Below, one piece after another: positions 19,808 through 28,458 of a stretch of DNA of 53,434 bases (its first letter is position 1; each line of letters starts with the position of its first letter). Made by a program: the position numbers and the translations under genes. This DNA is from an uncultured Bacteroidales bacterium (GTDB lineage: Bacteria > Bacteroidota > Bacteroidia > Bacteroidales > SZUA-534), in NCBI GenBank assembly GCA_964544385.1, contig CAZJCR010000003.1:1-53434 (forward strand), read 5' to 3'. The notes beneath the pieces are model-generated. The model was given only the letters and a program-made list of their open reading frames with translations, did not search any database and was not told the origin of the DNA.

Positions 19808-21994
19808 TTATAGCATTGCATCGGCCGAGTAATTAAACCCCGACGGAAAATGAACCTCAACATAAGTTCCAGCTGGCATGTTATCGTTATAAAGGTCATT
19901 TAGCGTAACAGTAATATGCTCGGTATTAATTGCATTGTAAAAGCTAAACAACTTGTGCATTGTTATCATGCATTTAGTATGGTTCTCGGTATTATTAATA
20001 TTACGGTGCAGCCCCGAGTCTTTTATTGATACAACTGTACAGTTATTTTTGCCTGTATCAATAGTAATTTCGATAGTTCCAGGTTTGCCTTGCGGTAAAA
20101 CGCCTTTTTTAAGAGCGGCTTCAACGTAACAAAAAATGCCCATTTTTGGTATACGTGCGCTACGGTTTATACCGGGAGCAATCATAATATCGTAATTGAA
20201 CATATCTTTAAACCTGAATTTTTCTAAAATAAAATAGTTTTTTACATAGCTAATTTCGTCTTCAATAGTGCGGGTCATTTCGTCGAGCGAGCCAATACTT
20301 TCGCGCATTAGTTTCGAAAAAACCCCCAAATTTGAGTATGCCGTTTTTCGGTCGTCTTTATTTATCGAAAACGATATTGAGTTAAGCGCGTTAAATAAAA
20401 AGTGTGGGTCGAGTTGTTTGCGCATAAGGTCAATTTGTAATTGCATTGTGTTTTTTGCCTGGTTGTAAACTTTTTGTTTTTGTATGTTTACCAGTTTTTG
20501 GCGTGTTAAAAAAATGCCGGCAGCCAACAATGCCGTAGCAAAATAAAAAACATACGACCACCAGTACCAAGTTTGTTTATAGTACCGTATTAAAAAATTA
20601 TAATTATCGGTTTGCACCGATAATATGTTATGTTTGTTGGCATTGTGTTTTACCGCGAACGATACTTTTTGTGAACCTATACCGGGTATTTTAACTTTTA
20701 CAGGTTCTTTTAAGTTTTGACGGTAAATTTTTATAACGTTATCTTTTACCAAAATAATCTCTTCGTGTTTATCGTCGTCAATATCGATAAAAGCAACCTG
20801 GTTAAAGTTATCGTTAAGGTTTTTAGTTTCAATAACAGCAAGGTGCTCATTATACCTATAAAAGTAGCCGTCGTTGCAAAAAAGGCAAATGTTGTCGTAT
20901 TTAGCTCGTTTATTGTCGAAAATAAAATTGTTAAGTTTTAAATGTCGTTGGCGTATTATTTTACCATTGGTGTTGTATATGCGCGCAATACCGGGTTTGT
21001 CGTTATTTAAAAACCATGTTACCGATGCAATAAAGTTGCCTTTTTTTGTTTGTAACGGAAAAGTTGATGTTACCGAAAGTTGTGTATTAAAAGCTTTGCT
21101 GCAAAACAATGGTTTTAACTCATGGTTAAGCACAATGGTTGACGAAATAATGGTATTACTATCAGTCGAAGGCCATGCCTGGTCGGTGTTGTTAAGTGTC
21201 GATAAAAATACTTCGCTTTTACCATCGTTGTCAATATCGAAAACAATTGGCCCGCTTACAAGCTGAATGCCAATGTTTGCCGATTTGTTTACCTTGTTAT
21301 TATGTACATCGTATGCAAAAACATTACGCGGCGTTTGGTAATAACGGCTGTTTACCGAAAAAATAACCTCTTTATACCCATCTCCGTTAAGGTCGGCCAT
21401 GTCGCCTTTATGTATAATAAGGTGCAACGACGAGTTTGGTTCGGTAAAACTACATACGCATACTTTTTTTCGTAAAAAATGGTTGTTTTTAAAAGGTTCA
21501 ATTACGTACAAGTATAAACAATGATTATCTTTTGAAAACACGTAGAGTTCATTAAAGCCATTGTTATTATAATCGCCCTGTATAAAATCAAATTTATTTA
21601 AAACTTCGCCATCGAGTTCCCAAAAATTCTGAAAATCGCCTTGCGACGAGTATTGGTTTACAATTGGTTTACGGTTGTTGCTTAAGTTGTAATAAACAAA
21701 TTCTTCCGAGTTGCCATCGTTGTCGGCATCCATGAATACAATTTTTTGGTTTTCGGCAAGTAATTGGCCATTTTGGTTTATTAACCGGGCAACATATTTG
21801 TTAAGTGTTTGTGGTTTAAGCAAAACACCTGCCAGTAAACCTAAAAAAACAACAATTAGTAATGCTATATTGGGTTTAAAACTAAGTGGTATAATAATTT
21901 TATTCGGTTTTATCACAATAATTATTGTAGGGTTAATTTTTATAACAAATTTAATTATAACTTTTAATGTGGCACTATACAAATATAGTTTCAA
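19808..21994 (-). CDS. Sensor histidine kinase, LytS/YehU type (His_kinase + HATPase), with N-terminal FG-GAP/VCBS-like beta-propeller sensor region
   Basis: 728-aa ORF. Four DxDxDG-like motifs (DADNDGNSEEF, DLNGDGYKEV, DIDNDGKSEV, DIDDDKHEEI), then a TM helix, then LDPHFLFNALNSISF (PF06580-type) and an ATPase domain. The track start is TTG inside a -7 box. A GTG at 21916 is a plausible true start. Confidence 0.75.
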   Translation of the reverse strand: MKLYLYSATLKVIIKFVIKINPTIIIVIKPNKIIIPLSFKPNIALLIVVFLGLLAGVLLKPQTLNKYVARLINQNGQLLAENQKIVFMDADNDGNSEEFVYYNLSNNRKPIVNQYSSQGDFQNFWELDGEVLNKFDFIQGDYNNNGFNELYVFSKDNHCLYLYVIEPFKNNHFLRKKVCVCSFTEPNSSLHLIIHKGDMADLNGDGYKEVIFSVNSRYYQTPRNVFAYDVHNNKVNKSANIGIQLVSGPIVFDIDNDGKSEVFLSTLNNTDQAWPSTDSNTIISSTIVLNHELKPLFCSKAFNTQLSVTSTFPLQTKKGNFIASVTWFLNNDKPGIARIYNTNGKIIRQRHLKLNNFIFDNKRAKYDNICLFCNDGYFYRYNEHLAVIETKNLNDNFNQVAFIDIDDDKHEEIILVKDNVIKIYRQNLKEPVKVKIPGIGSQKVSFAVKHNANKHNILSVQTDNYNFLIRYYKQTWYWWSYVFYFATALLAAGIFLTRQKLVNIQKQKVYNQAKNTMQLQIDLMRKQLDPHFLFNALNSISFSINKDDRKTAYSNLGVFSKLMRESIGSLDEMTRTIEDEISYVKNYFILEKFRFKDMFNYDIMIAPGINRSARIPKMGIFCYVEAALKKGVLPQGKPGTIEITIDTGKNNCTVVSIKDSGLHRNINNTENHTKCMITMHKLFSFYNAINTEHITVTLNDLYNDNMPAGTYVEVHFPSGFNYSADAML
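21980..21987 (-). promoter_or_regulatory. Bacteroidota -7 promoter box (TATATTTG on minus strand)
   Basis: CAAATATA on the plus strand. It lies just inside the 5' end of the track ORF, immediately after the TTG at 21994 that the track uses as start. Confidence 0.4.
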
Positions 21995-22054
21995 TAATGT
22001 TTAATAATATTTAGTATTGGTAACTAAAAATTGGGTTTAACCCGCTTAAAATAT

Positions 22055-22062
22055 TATTTTTG
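22055..22062 (+). promoter_or_regulatory. Bacteroidota -7 promoter box (TATTTTTG)
   Basis: Exact match. Its TTG is the track start at 22060. The true ATG is 24 nt downstream. Confidence 0.5.
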
Positions 22063-22086
22063 ATGATAATAAATACTACTTTATAT

Positions 22087-22971
22087 ATGGAACTACTTAA
22101 AAAATTTGAACTTAATTTTGATATTAATTATGTTAACGGGCAATTAAAAAACATTGAACTGTTGGCAAAAGAAATGTTTACCCCCGAATATCTTAAATTA
22201 GCTTTTAGTTTAATTGATTTAACAACGTTAAATTCAACCGATCAACAATCGAAAGGTATTGCATTTGCAAATAAGGTTAACAACTTTAGCAGTAATTTTA
22301 ACAACATTCAAAATGTTGCCGCTATATGCGTGTATCCTCCATTAGTTAAGGCAACGGCGCAGGCTTTAAAAGTTAGTAATGTTGGTATTGCATCGGTTGC
22401 TGCTTGTTTCCCGTCGTCGCAAAGTTATATCGAGGTTAAAACTCTTGAATGTAAAATGGCTGTTGCCGACGGTGCTACCGATATTGATATTGTTATATCG
22501 CTTGGCCCCTGGTTCGATGGTAATTACCAGCTTGTGTACAACGAGATAGCAGCTATTAAACAGGCTGTTGGTAATGCACACCTAAAAGTTATACTCGAAA
22601 CGGGCGCATTACAAACTGTTGAGAATATTTGGAATGCAAGCATTGTTGCAATGGCTGCCGGTGCCGATTTTATTAAAACATCGACAGGGAAAATGGACCC
22701 CGCGGCTACACCAATGGCTGTTTTTATTATGTGTATGGCAATTAACGAATTTTACAAACAAACTGGTAAAAAAACGGCCATAAAACCAGCTGGTGGTATG
22801 GTTATTAGTCCCGACGCGTTAACATATATTGCAATTGTAAAAAGTATTTTAGGTAACGATTGGTTAAACAACAAAATGTTCAGGTTAGGTGCAAGCCGGC
22901 TTGCCAATAATTTACTAACCGATATTGTTTCACTTGAAACAGGGCAACAAACACAGGTAAACTATTTTTAA
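22087..22971 (+). CDS. deoC: Deoxyribose-phosphate aldolase (long, DERA-like form)
   Basis: MELLKKFELNF...IDLTTLNSTD...ADFIKTSTGK (Schiff-base Lys context). The track ORF starts at TTG 22060. Confidence 0.85.
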   Translation: MELLKKFELNFDINYVNGQLKNIELLAKEMFTPEYLKLAFSLIDLTTLNSTDQQSKGIAFANKVNNFSSNFNNIQNVAAICVYPPLVKATAQALKVSNVGIASVAACFPSSQSYIEVKTLECKMAVADGATDIDIVISLGPWFDGNYQLVYNEIAAIKQAVGNAHLKVILETGALQTVENIWNASIVAMAAGADFIKTSTGKMDPAATPMAVFIMCMAINEFYKQTGKKTAIKPAGGMVISPDALTYIAIVKSILGNDWLNNKMFRLGASRLANNLLTDIVSLETGQQTQVNYF

Positions 22972-23040
22972 ACAAACTCTACATCGGGGTTATACCTAAG
23001 TAAAGTGTTTGTTGGTTTAGCTCAAACCGCTCAACTTAGG
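22971..23040 (+). repeat. Three-hairpin repeat, copy B (3' half only)
   Basis: aacaaactctacatcggggttatacctaagtaaagtgtttgttggtttagctcaaaccgctcaacttagg. Begins at the last base of the deoC stop codon. Confidence 0.8.
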
Positions 23041-23075
23041 TGATAAACTGTTTTGAATACTTGTTTTTATAAACA

Positions 23076-23213
23076 CCTAAAATCTGCAAGTAAAATAATA
23101 CAAACCGCAGAGAATAAAGATAAAGCAAAGTTTGACTCATATAAAACAGTGATGTTTTTATCTGTGAACTCTGTGCTCTCTGTGGTTAGAAAAATATACT
23201 TGCGGATTTTAGG
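23076..23213. repeat. 138-nt imperfect long hairpin with TCTGTG iterons
   Basis: Outer stem cctaaaatctgcaagta (23076-23092) pairs with tacttgcggattttagg (23197-23213), 17 bp with one G-T. Inner stem aaccgcagaga (23103-23113) pairs with tctctgtggtt (23177-23187). Third stem agataaa (23118-23124) pairs with tttatct (23157-23163). The 3' arm holds tctgtgaac tctgtgctc tctgtgg. Confidence 0.7.
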
Positions 23214-23317
23214 AAATATTAAAATAAAACAATTATTTGGGTTTGTATAGTTTTAAAAAATGAATATAATAACCATAATATTATTATAGGTTATTGTTTA
23301 TAACCTTCGTTTTAAAA

Positions 23318-24208
23318 CTACACCCTAACTGTATTGTGAGCAAAATGCTGCATCCATTGGCGAGTACCATTATATCCGCACGAAAAGCCTGCTACATTAG
23401 CCGCGCAAAGTAAAGCGGTGTTAAGATTTTTATGTAAAGCATAATAATAACAAAATGCACCATGATAAATATCGCCAGCACCAAGTGTATCTTTTACTCT
23501 AATTTTGGCAACAGGTAGTTCGTAGTTGTTATTGTTGGTAAAAACTAAAACAGGGTTGTTACCACGCGTAATAATAGTTTTATTTACACCGCAGTAATTT
23601 AAATAATTTGCCAAATCGGTTTTTGATTTACAGTTTGGCGGTAAAAAATCGTTACTGCAAATGGCAATATCAATGTTTTCGATAAAATTTTCGAGCCCTG
23701 GTTTCCAACTTCCTCCATCGAGTATGCATGGCACATTGTGTTTTTTAAGTTCGTTGGCAATATAATTGCTAATTGGCAAATAAAATCCATCGAACAAAGC
23801 CAAGTCGAAACTACTGTAATCGATATTAAGGTTGTATAATAAATTATTGTAGTTATTTTGTGGCATGTACGATAAAATTGTACGGTCTCCATTAGTGTTA
23901 TCGGTAATAATACTGGCAAACACCGGTTCACTGTTTACTGTCGACACCGGGTCAATTAAACTAACATTTAAACTGTTAAGCTGATGTTTAATATAATTGG
24001 ACAAGCTGTGTATGCCAACTGGCGAAACCAATGTAACACTGGCTCCTAAAAATGCCGCAGTAATTGCCGCGTTTGTAGCGGGTCCGCCTATTGCAACCTC
24101 GTTGTTTTGAGCTTTGGTTTTAGTGTTTGGTTTTGGAAAAGCATCGACAAAAAATTGTATATCGATAGTATTTAAACCTACAAATAATAGTTTTATTTTA
24201 CGGTGCAT
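23318..24208 (-). CDS. PfkB-family carbohydrate kinase (ribokinase/deoxyribokinase-like)
   Basis: 296 aa: GGPATNAAITAAFLGA and the C-terminal DTLGAGDIYHGAF signature. Confidence 0.8.
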   Translation of the reverse strand: MHRKIKLLFVGLNTIDIQFFVDAFPKPNTKTKAQNNEVAIGGPATNAAITAAFLGASVTLVSPVGIHSLSNYIKHQLNSLNVSLIDPVSTVNSEPVFASIITDNTNGDRTILSYMPQNNYNNLLYNLNIDYSSFDLALFDGFYLPISNYIANELKKHNVPCILDGGSWKPGLENFIENIDIAICSNDFLPPNCKSKTDLANYLNYCGVNKTIITRGNNPVLVFTNNNNYELPVAKIRVKDTLGAGDIYHGAFCYYYALHKNLNTALLCAANVAGFSCGYNGTRQWMQHFAHNTVRV

Positions 24209-24241
24209 AAATTATTACTTTGGTTGCAAAGTACCTGGTAT

Positions 24242-25828
24242 CTATAATAAAACAAATTGTAAAAAAATAATTAGTAAAACCATAGCAATTGGGTAAATTG
24301 TGGCATACGCAATTTTAGGGGCTTCGCTGGCGGTCATCGATTCAACAGCTGCTAAACCGGGTGTGCTGGTCATACCGCCTGTTAATGCGCCTAAAACATT
24401 TAATATGTTCATTTTAAATATGTTATTGCAAATAAAAACAGTAATTATCATTGGTAAAACAGTAATTACAGCTCCCCAAATAAACAAACTAAAACCATAG
24501 TTACTAAAAGTATCGACAATTGTTGAACCGGCCTCGGTGCCAACCGTAGCTAAAAAAAACAATAAACCAAGTTGCTTAAGCAAATTTGTGGCAGCACCCG
24601 ACATTGACCATACTAATGGCCCGGTACGCCCAATGCGTCCTAAAATTAAAGCGGCAAATAAAACCCCGCCGGTTAAACCTATCGATAAATTAAACGTCGC
24701 CCCAAATGATATGCTAAGTTTTCCAAGTAAAATTCCAAGTAAAATTCCAACCGCTATCGGGAAAAAATCGGTATCCGACAATTTTTTGTCGTTGTTACCA
24801 AAAAGTACAGCAACATGTTTCATGTTTTCGATACTGCATGCAACTACAATTTTGTCGCCCATTTGTAGCTGAAGGCCGGGGTCGGGGGTAAGGTCAATAC
24901 CACTACGCCTTACGCGTGTAACTGTTGCCGAGTAAATACGCGAAAGGTTTATTTGTCTTAATGTTTTTCCAAATACCTCTTTATTTGTAACTAAAAGCCA
25001 TTGTACCTGGTATTTGTTCGATAGTGGCAGCTCCTCGTCAATTGCCGGGCCAATAATTGATTCAACGTTTTGTAAGGCTTTTTTGGGTCCAACCATATGT
25101 AGTTTATCGCCTAAATAAAGTACTGTCGATGGCGATGGTGTAAAAATATTGTTGTTGTGTGCAACCCTCGATATTACCGCACCGGTTATACGCCTTATTT
25201 TTAGTTCGCCAATTGTTTTGCCCGATGCATTTGGGTTTTGGAGTATAAAGGTACGGGGGTATATCTCGGGGTGGTTTTCGAGTATTTGTTTTTCAACATC
25301 ACTTTCGGCGGTTTTAATATCGGTTTTTAAAATTTTGGGCAAAAGTTTTACAAAAACTATTACTCCAATAACACCAAACGGGTATGCAATACCATAACCT
25401 ATCGATGTTAAGGGCGAGTTTGTACTGTCGATAGCAGCAGCAAGCCCTGGTGTACTTGTTAATGCCCCGGTAAACAATCCAACAACCATGTTTTTGTCTA
25501 AACCCGAAAAATATTTTATTAAAACAGCAATTATTGTTGCCGATGATATTAATATTAACGACACTAAAAATAATTGCCGGCCATGCTTTTTAAACGATTC
25601 GAAAAACCCTGGCGCGGCCTGCATACCAACAGTGTACATAAATAGAATAAGCCCGAGGGTTTGAAACTCGTGCGGCAGTTTAAAACCAAGGTATCCTAAA
25701 AATAATGCTACAAACAATACTGCCGAAACGTCGAGCGATATACCTTTTATTTTAATATTACCAATTAAAAAACCAAGAGCTATTATAAAAAATAGCATAA
25801 AATAAGGGGCACCAAAAAAACTTAACAT
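24242..25828 (-). CDS. YidE/YbjL (AAE) family transporter with two central TrkA-C/RCK_C domains
   Basis: 528 aa. Duplicated 5-6 TM halves flank two RCK_C-like segments (GKTIGELKIRRITGAVISRV...; GKTLRQINLSRIYSATVTRVRRSG...). Confidence 0.75.
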   Translation of the reverse strand: MLSFFGAPYFMLFFIIALGFLIGNIKIKGISLDVSAVLFVALFLGYLGFKLPHEFQTLGLILFMYTVGMQAAPGFFESFKKHGRQLFLVSLILISSATIIAVLIKYFSGLDKNMVVGLFTGALTSTPGLAAAIDSTNSPLTSIGYGIAYPFGVIGVIVFVKLLPKILKTDIKTAESDVEKQILENHPEIYPRTFILQNPNASGKTIGELKIRRITGAVISRVAHNNNIFTPSPSTVLYLGDKLHMVGPKKALQNVESIIGPAIDEELPLSNKYQVQWLLVTNKEVFGKTLRQINLSRIYSATVTRVRRSGIDLTPDPGLQLQMGDKIVVACSIENMKHVAVLFGNNDKKLSDTDFFPIAVGILLGILLGKLSISFGATFNLSIGLTGGVLFAALILGRIGRTGPLVWSMSGAATNLLKQLGLLFFLATVGTEAGSTIVDTFSNYGFSLFIWGAVITVLPMIITVFICNNIFKMNILNVLGALTGGMTSTPGLAAVESMTASEAPKIAYATIYPIAMVLLIIFLQFVLL

Positions 25829-25830
25829 GT

Positions 25831-26862
25831 TTATTTAATTATTACAAGTTTCGATGTAAAAAATTTGTTGTCCGATTTTAGCATAACAATGTAAACGCCG
25901 TTTTCAACCTGGCTTAAGTCAACAACATTTGATACAACTTTTGCAGTATAAACAAGTTTACCGGTATTATTATATATCGATATGTTGTTATAATTACCGT
26001 CGATATTTAAAGTTGTATTAGCCGGGTTTGGATAAATTTGGGGGCTGTTTTTTTCAATTTGTTTAACATTTGTTGAACCCCAAATGCGTTCAACAAATTC
26101 GGGGTGGTCAATAAAGGGGTTACGGTTTTTTTGATAACTATATATTACATTGTTACGGTTTCGTTCCCATTCATTTACGGGGTCTTGATTATGCCATAAA
26201 AGTAAATCCGACAGTAAAGCGTGTACAGGCTCGTTGGTGTAATTATCAACAGGCAAATAGTCAATAATAGTAAGGTTTGGTTCGTTGTTTTTCCCTTTAT
26301 AACGGGTAGCCATGTAAAATATCATTCGTGCAATATCACCTTTAACTTCGTCGCGGGGTTTCCAAACATAACGTACATTGTCGGTATACGAGCCTATTGG
26401 TTTGTTATTGTAATAAACCGGTACATTGCACTCGGCAAACCAGCGGTTACTACGAGCCGTGTTAATATCGTTAATTGATGGCCTTAGGTGGTGAACGTCG
26501 GTGCCTGCACCAATTTCGGTGCCAAAATCGCCACGGCTTTTTGCCCAAACGTGCTCGCGGGTCCAGCCATTGCCTCCGTTGTACTCTTGCGCGGCATTAA
26601 CGCTTAAACCCGAGTATATACAAATAACATTATTGGGGTTAATGGTGTCGCGGTCGGTTTCTTTTAAAATGTCCCAAACATCGGTACTTGTCGATGTGTA
26701 CGGAAACTGTTTATGGTCTTTAATAATATTGTAAAGTTCCCATTGTAAATCAATTCCATTAAGCCCTTGTGTCGATGAGTAATAACCATCGGGAATTTGC
26801 GGACTGGCAATAAATATTCCAAAAAAAAGTAATAACGATAAACAAGTTATAAATTTGCCCAT
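25831..26862 (-). CDS. Secreted endonuclease I family nuclease with T9SS C-terminal sorting domain
   Basis: 343 aa with signal peptide. EHVWAKSRG...DVHHLRPSINDINTARSNRWF is endonuclease I-like. C-terminal IYPNPANTTLNI...GVYIVMLKSDNKFFTSKLVIIK is a Por secretion tail. Confidence 0.8.
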   Translation of the reverse strand: MGKFITCLSLLLFFGIFIASPQIPDGYYSSTQGLNGIDLQWELYNIIKDHKQFPYTSTSTDVWDILKETDRDTINPNNVICIYSGLSVNAAQEYNGGNGWTREHVWAKSRGDFGTEIGAGTDVHHLRPSINDINTARSNRWFAECNVPVYYNNKPIGSYTDNVRYVWKPRDEVKGDIARMIFYMATRYKGKNNEPNLTIIDYLPVDNYTNEPVHALLSDLLLWHNQDPVNEWERNRNNVIYSYQKNRNPFIDHPEFVERIWGSTNVKQIEKNSPQIYPNPANTTLNIDGNYNNISIYNNTGKLVYTAKVVSNVVDLSQVENGVYIVMLKSDNKFFTSKLVIIK

Positions 26863-26932
26863 AAGTAGTAGTTTTAATTTAGGGTGGCAAAGTTAATGGT
26901 TTTTGCTACTTTTAGTTTTAATTTTTGATTAA

Positions 26933-27388
26933 ATGCGAGTAGTTATACAGCGAGTAAAAAATGCATCGGTAAGTGTTAATAACATAATGATTTCGGCAAT
27001 TAATAACGGTTTACTGGTTTTAGTCGGATTTGTGAATAATGATACTGATGATGACATAAATTGGTTAACCGATAAAATAACCGGGCTACGAATTTTCAAC
27101 GACCAAAACGGTGTTATGAACCTGTCGGTTATCGATGTTGACGGCCAAATTTTGGTTGTATCGCAATTTACACTACATGCACAAACAAAAAAAGGCAACA
27201 GGCCATCGTATATTAGGGCATCAAAACCCGAAAAAGCTATACCCATGTACAATAAATTTATAACACAGCTAAACAGCAAGTTAAATAATAGTGTACAAAC
27301 CGGCCAATTTGGTGCCATGATGCAGGTAGATTTAATTAACGACGGCCCTGTTACAATTATTATCGACACTAAACAACGCGATTTTTGA
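26933..27388 (+). CDS. dtd: D-aminoacyl-tRNA deacylase
   Basis: 151 aa: MRVVIQRVKNASVSV...LLVLVGF...ILVVSQFTLHAQTKKGNRPS. Confidence 0.9.
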   Translation: MRVVIQRVKNASVSVNNIMISAINNGLLVLVGFVNNDTDDDINWLTDKITGLRIFNDQNGVMNLSVIDVDGQILVVSQFTLHAQTKKGNRPSYIRASKPEKAIPMYNKFITQLNSKLNNSVQTGQFGAMMQVDLINDGPVTIIIDTKQRDF

Positions 27389-27735
27389 TGCAAAACGATA
27401 ATACAAATATATCACTGGCCAATGCCCAGTTATTAGTTGATAGCTGGATTAAAAAATACGGAGTACGATATTTTTCGGAACTTACAAACATGGTAATTTT
27501 AACCGAAGAGGTTGGTGAACTTGCGCGCGTAGTTTCGCGTACATATGGCGAGCAGTCGTTTAAACCAGGCGAAAACACAAACAACCTTGCCGACGAAATT
27601 GCCGATGTGTTGTGGGTGCTTATTTGTTTGGCAAACCAAACAGGTGTTGATTTAACCAGCGCGTTTTTAAAAAATATTGAAAAAAAAACTGACCGCGATA
27701 GCAAAAGACATTTACAAAATAAAAAACTAAAGTAG
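27388..27735 (+). CDS. MazG-like nucleotide pyrophosphohydrolase
   Basis: ATG 27388 shares its A with the dtd stop codon TGA (TGATG). EEVGELARV...LADEIADVLWVLICLA is a MazG-type EExxE/ExxD context. Confidence 0.8.
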   Translation: MQNDNTNISLANAQLLVDSWIKKYGVRYFSELTNMVILTEEVGELARVVSRTYGEQSFKPGENTNNLADEIADVLWVLICLANQTGVDLTSAFLKNIEKKTDRDSKRHLQNKKLK

Positions 27736-27790
27736 TTTGTATTTGTTATGATAAAAATACTTAACTTAACAAATACCTTTACGACAAAAA

Positions 27791-27824
27791 TTTGTTGATA
27801 CCCACAAAAAAAGTTATATTTTTG
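27791..27824 (+). promoter_or_regulatory. Bacteroidota promoter: -33 TTTG (27791-27794) and -7 TATTTTTG (27817-27824)
   Basis: Both elements present with a 22-nt spacer, 79 nt upstream of ATG 27904. Confidence 0.5.
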
Positions 27825-27903
27825 TTTAAAAGTATTATTTGCGGTTAAGTTTAATCGGATAAAAAACAAATATTTATATTACAATAATAACCAATAAGTT
27901 AAT

Positions 27904-28287
27904 ATGTTCAGCAATTACGATTTTACAGGTAAAAAAATACTTATAGCCGAGGACGAAAAAACAAATTATTTGTTTTTAGAAGCATTGCTTAAGCGAACAA
28001 ACGCTTCGTTGGTTTGGGCCGAAACAGGCCGGGCAGCTTTAGATGCGGTTATTAACGACCCTGGCATTAACATTGTTTTGATGGACATAAAAATGCCCGA
28101 GATGAACGGGTACGAGGCTACTCACGAAATCAAAAAAATTAGGCCAACATTACCTATTATTGCTCAAACTGCATATGCTTTAGCCGGCGAAAAAGAGAAA
28201 ATTTTAAGTGCCGGTTGCGACGATTACCTGTCGAAACCTATAATGGGCAAAGTATTACTCGAAAAAATTAACAAGTTTTTCACCTAA
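27904..28287 (+). CDS. Stand-alone response regulator receiver (CheY-like)
   Basis: 127 aa: KILIAEDEKTNYLFLEALL...VLMDIKMPEMNGYEAT...AQTAYALAGEKEKILSAGCDDYLSKP. Confidence 0.85.
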   Translation: MFSNYDFTGKKILIAEDEKTNYLFLEALLKRTNASLVWAETGRAALDAVINDPGINIVLMDIKMPEMNGYEATHEIKKIRPTLPIIAQTAYALAGEKEKILSAGCDDYLSKPIMGKVLLEKINKFFT

Positions 28288-28425
28288 GCTGAGCGGTTGG
28301 AGTAATCCGAACAAGAGCTTTACTTAGGTATAACCCCTATGTGGAGTTTGTTGCGTTTCACTAACTAAGTTTAGTTAAATACCTACAAAATCTAAATCGA
28401 TTGAGCGGTTAGCTCAATTTGGGTT
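28283..28425 (-). repeat. Three-hairpin intergenic repeat, copy C (full length, inverted)
   Basis: Its reverse complement reads aacccaaattgagctaaccgctcaatcgatttagattttgtaggtatttaactaaacttagttagtgaaacgcaacaaactccacataggggttatacctaagtaaagctc...gctcagcttagg. The terminal CCTAAG contains the response-regulator stop codon (28285-28287). Confidence 0.85.
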
Positions 28426-28458
28426 TTTATAAATAATAATATCAACAAAGGTTTACAG

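Noticed and set aside
19648-19899. 83-aa minus-strand ORF overlapping repeat copy A and the 3' end of the histidine kinase gene
   Set aside because: It lies largely within a non-coding repeat whose other copies have no conserved reading frame, and it overlaps a well-supported gene.
22031-22043. aaattgggtttaaccc upstream of deoC, resembling the inverted left terminus of the repeat
   Set aside because: Only about 10 nt of similarity with an indel. That is too short to distinguish from chance in this composition.
23053-23250. 65-aa plus-strand ORF across the long hairpin
   Set aside because: It has a non-ATG start, low-complexity sequence, and is fully explained by the palindromic DNA. There is no promoter box or family resemblance.
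26929-27869. 154-aa and 166-aa minus-strand ORFs antisense to dtd and the MazG-like gene
   Set aside because: The sense-strand genes have clear family signatures. The antisense translations are low-complexity and hydrophobic, typical of shadow ORFs in AT-rich DNA. The same reasoning applies to the other short ORFs nested in or antisense to the large genes, including 841-2237, 2851-3219, 8544-9138, 13882-14305, 32626-33094, 39063-39606 and those inside polA and the LRR gene.
28356-28379. Apparent compensatory remodelling of hairpin 2 in copy C (taacta-aact-tagtta)
   Set aside because: On alignment it reduces to three independent C-to-A substitutions relative to the consensus. One of them breaks a consensus pair. 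This is not true covariation.
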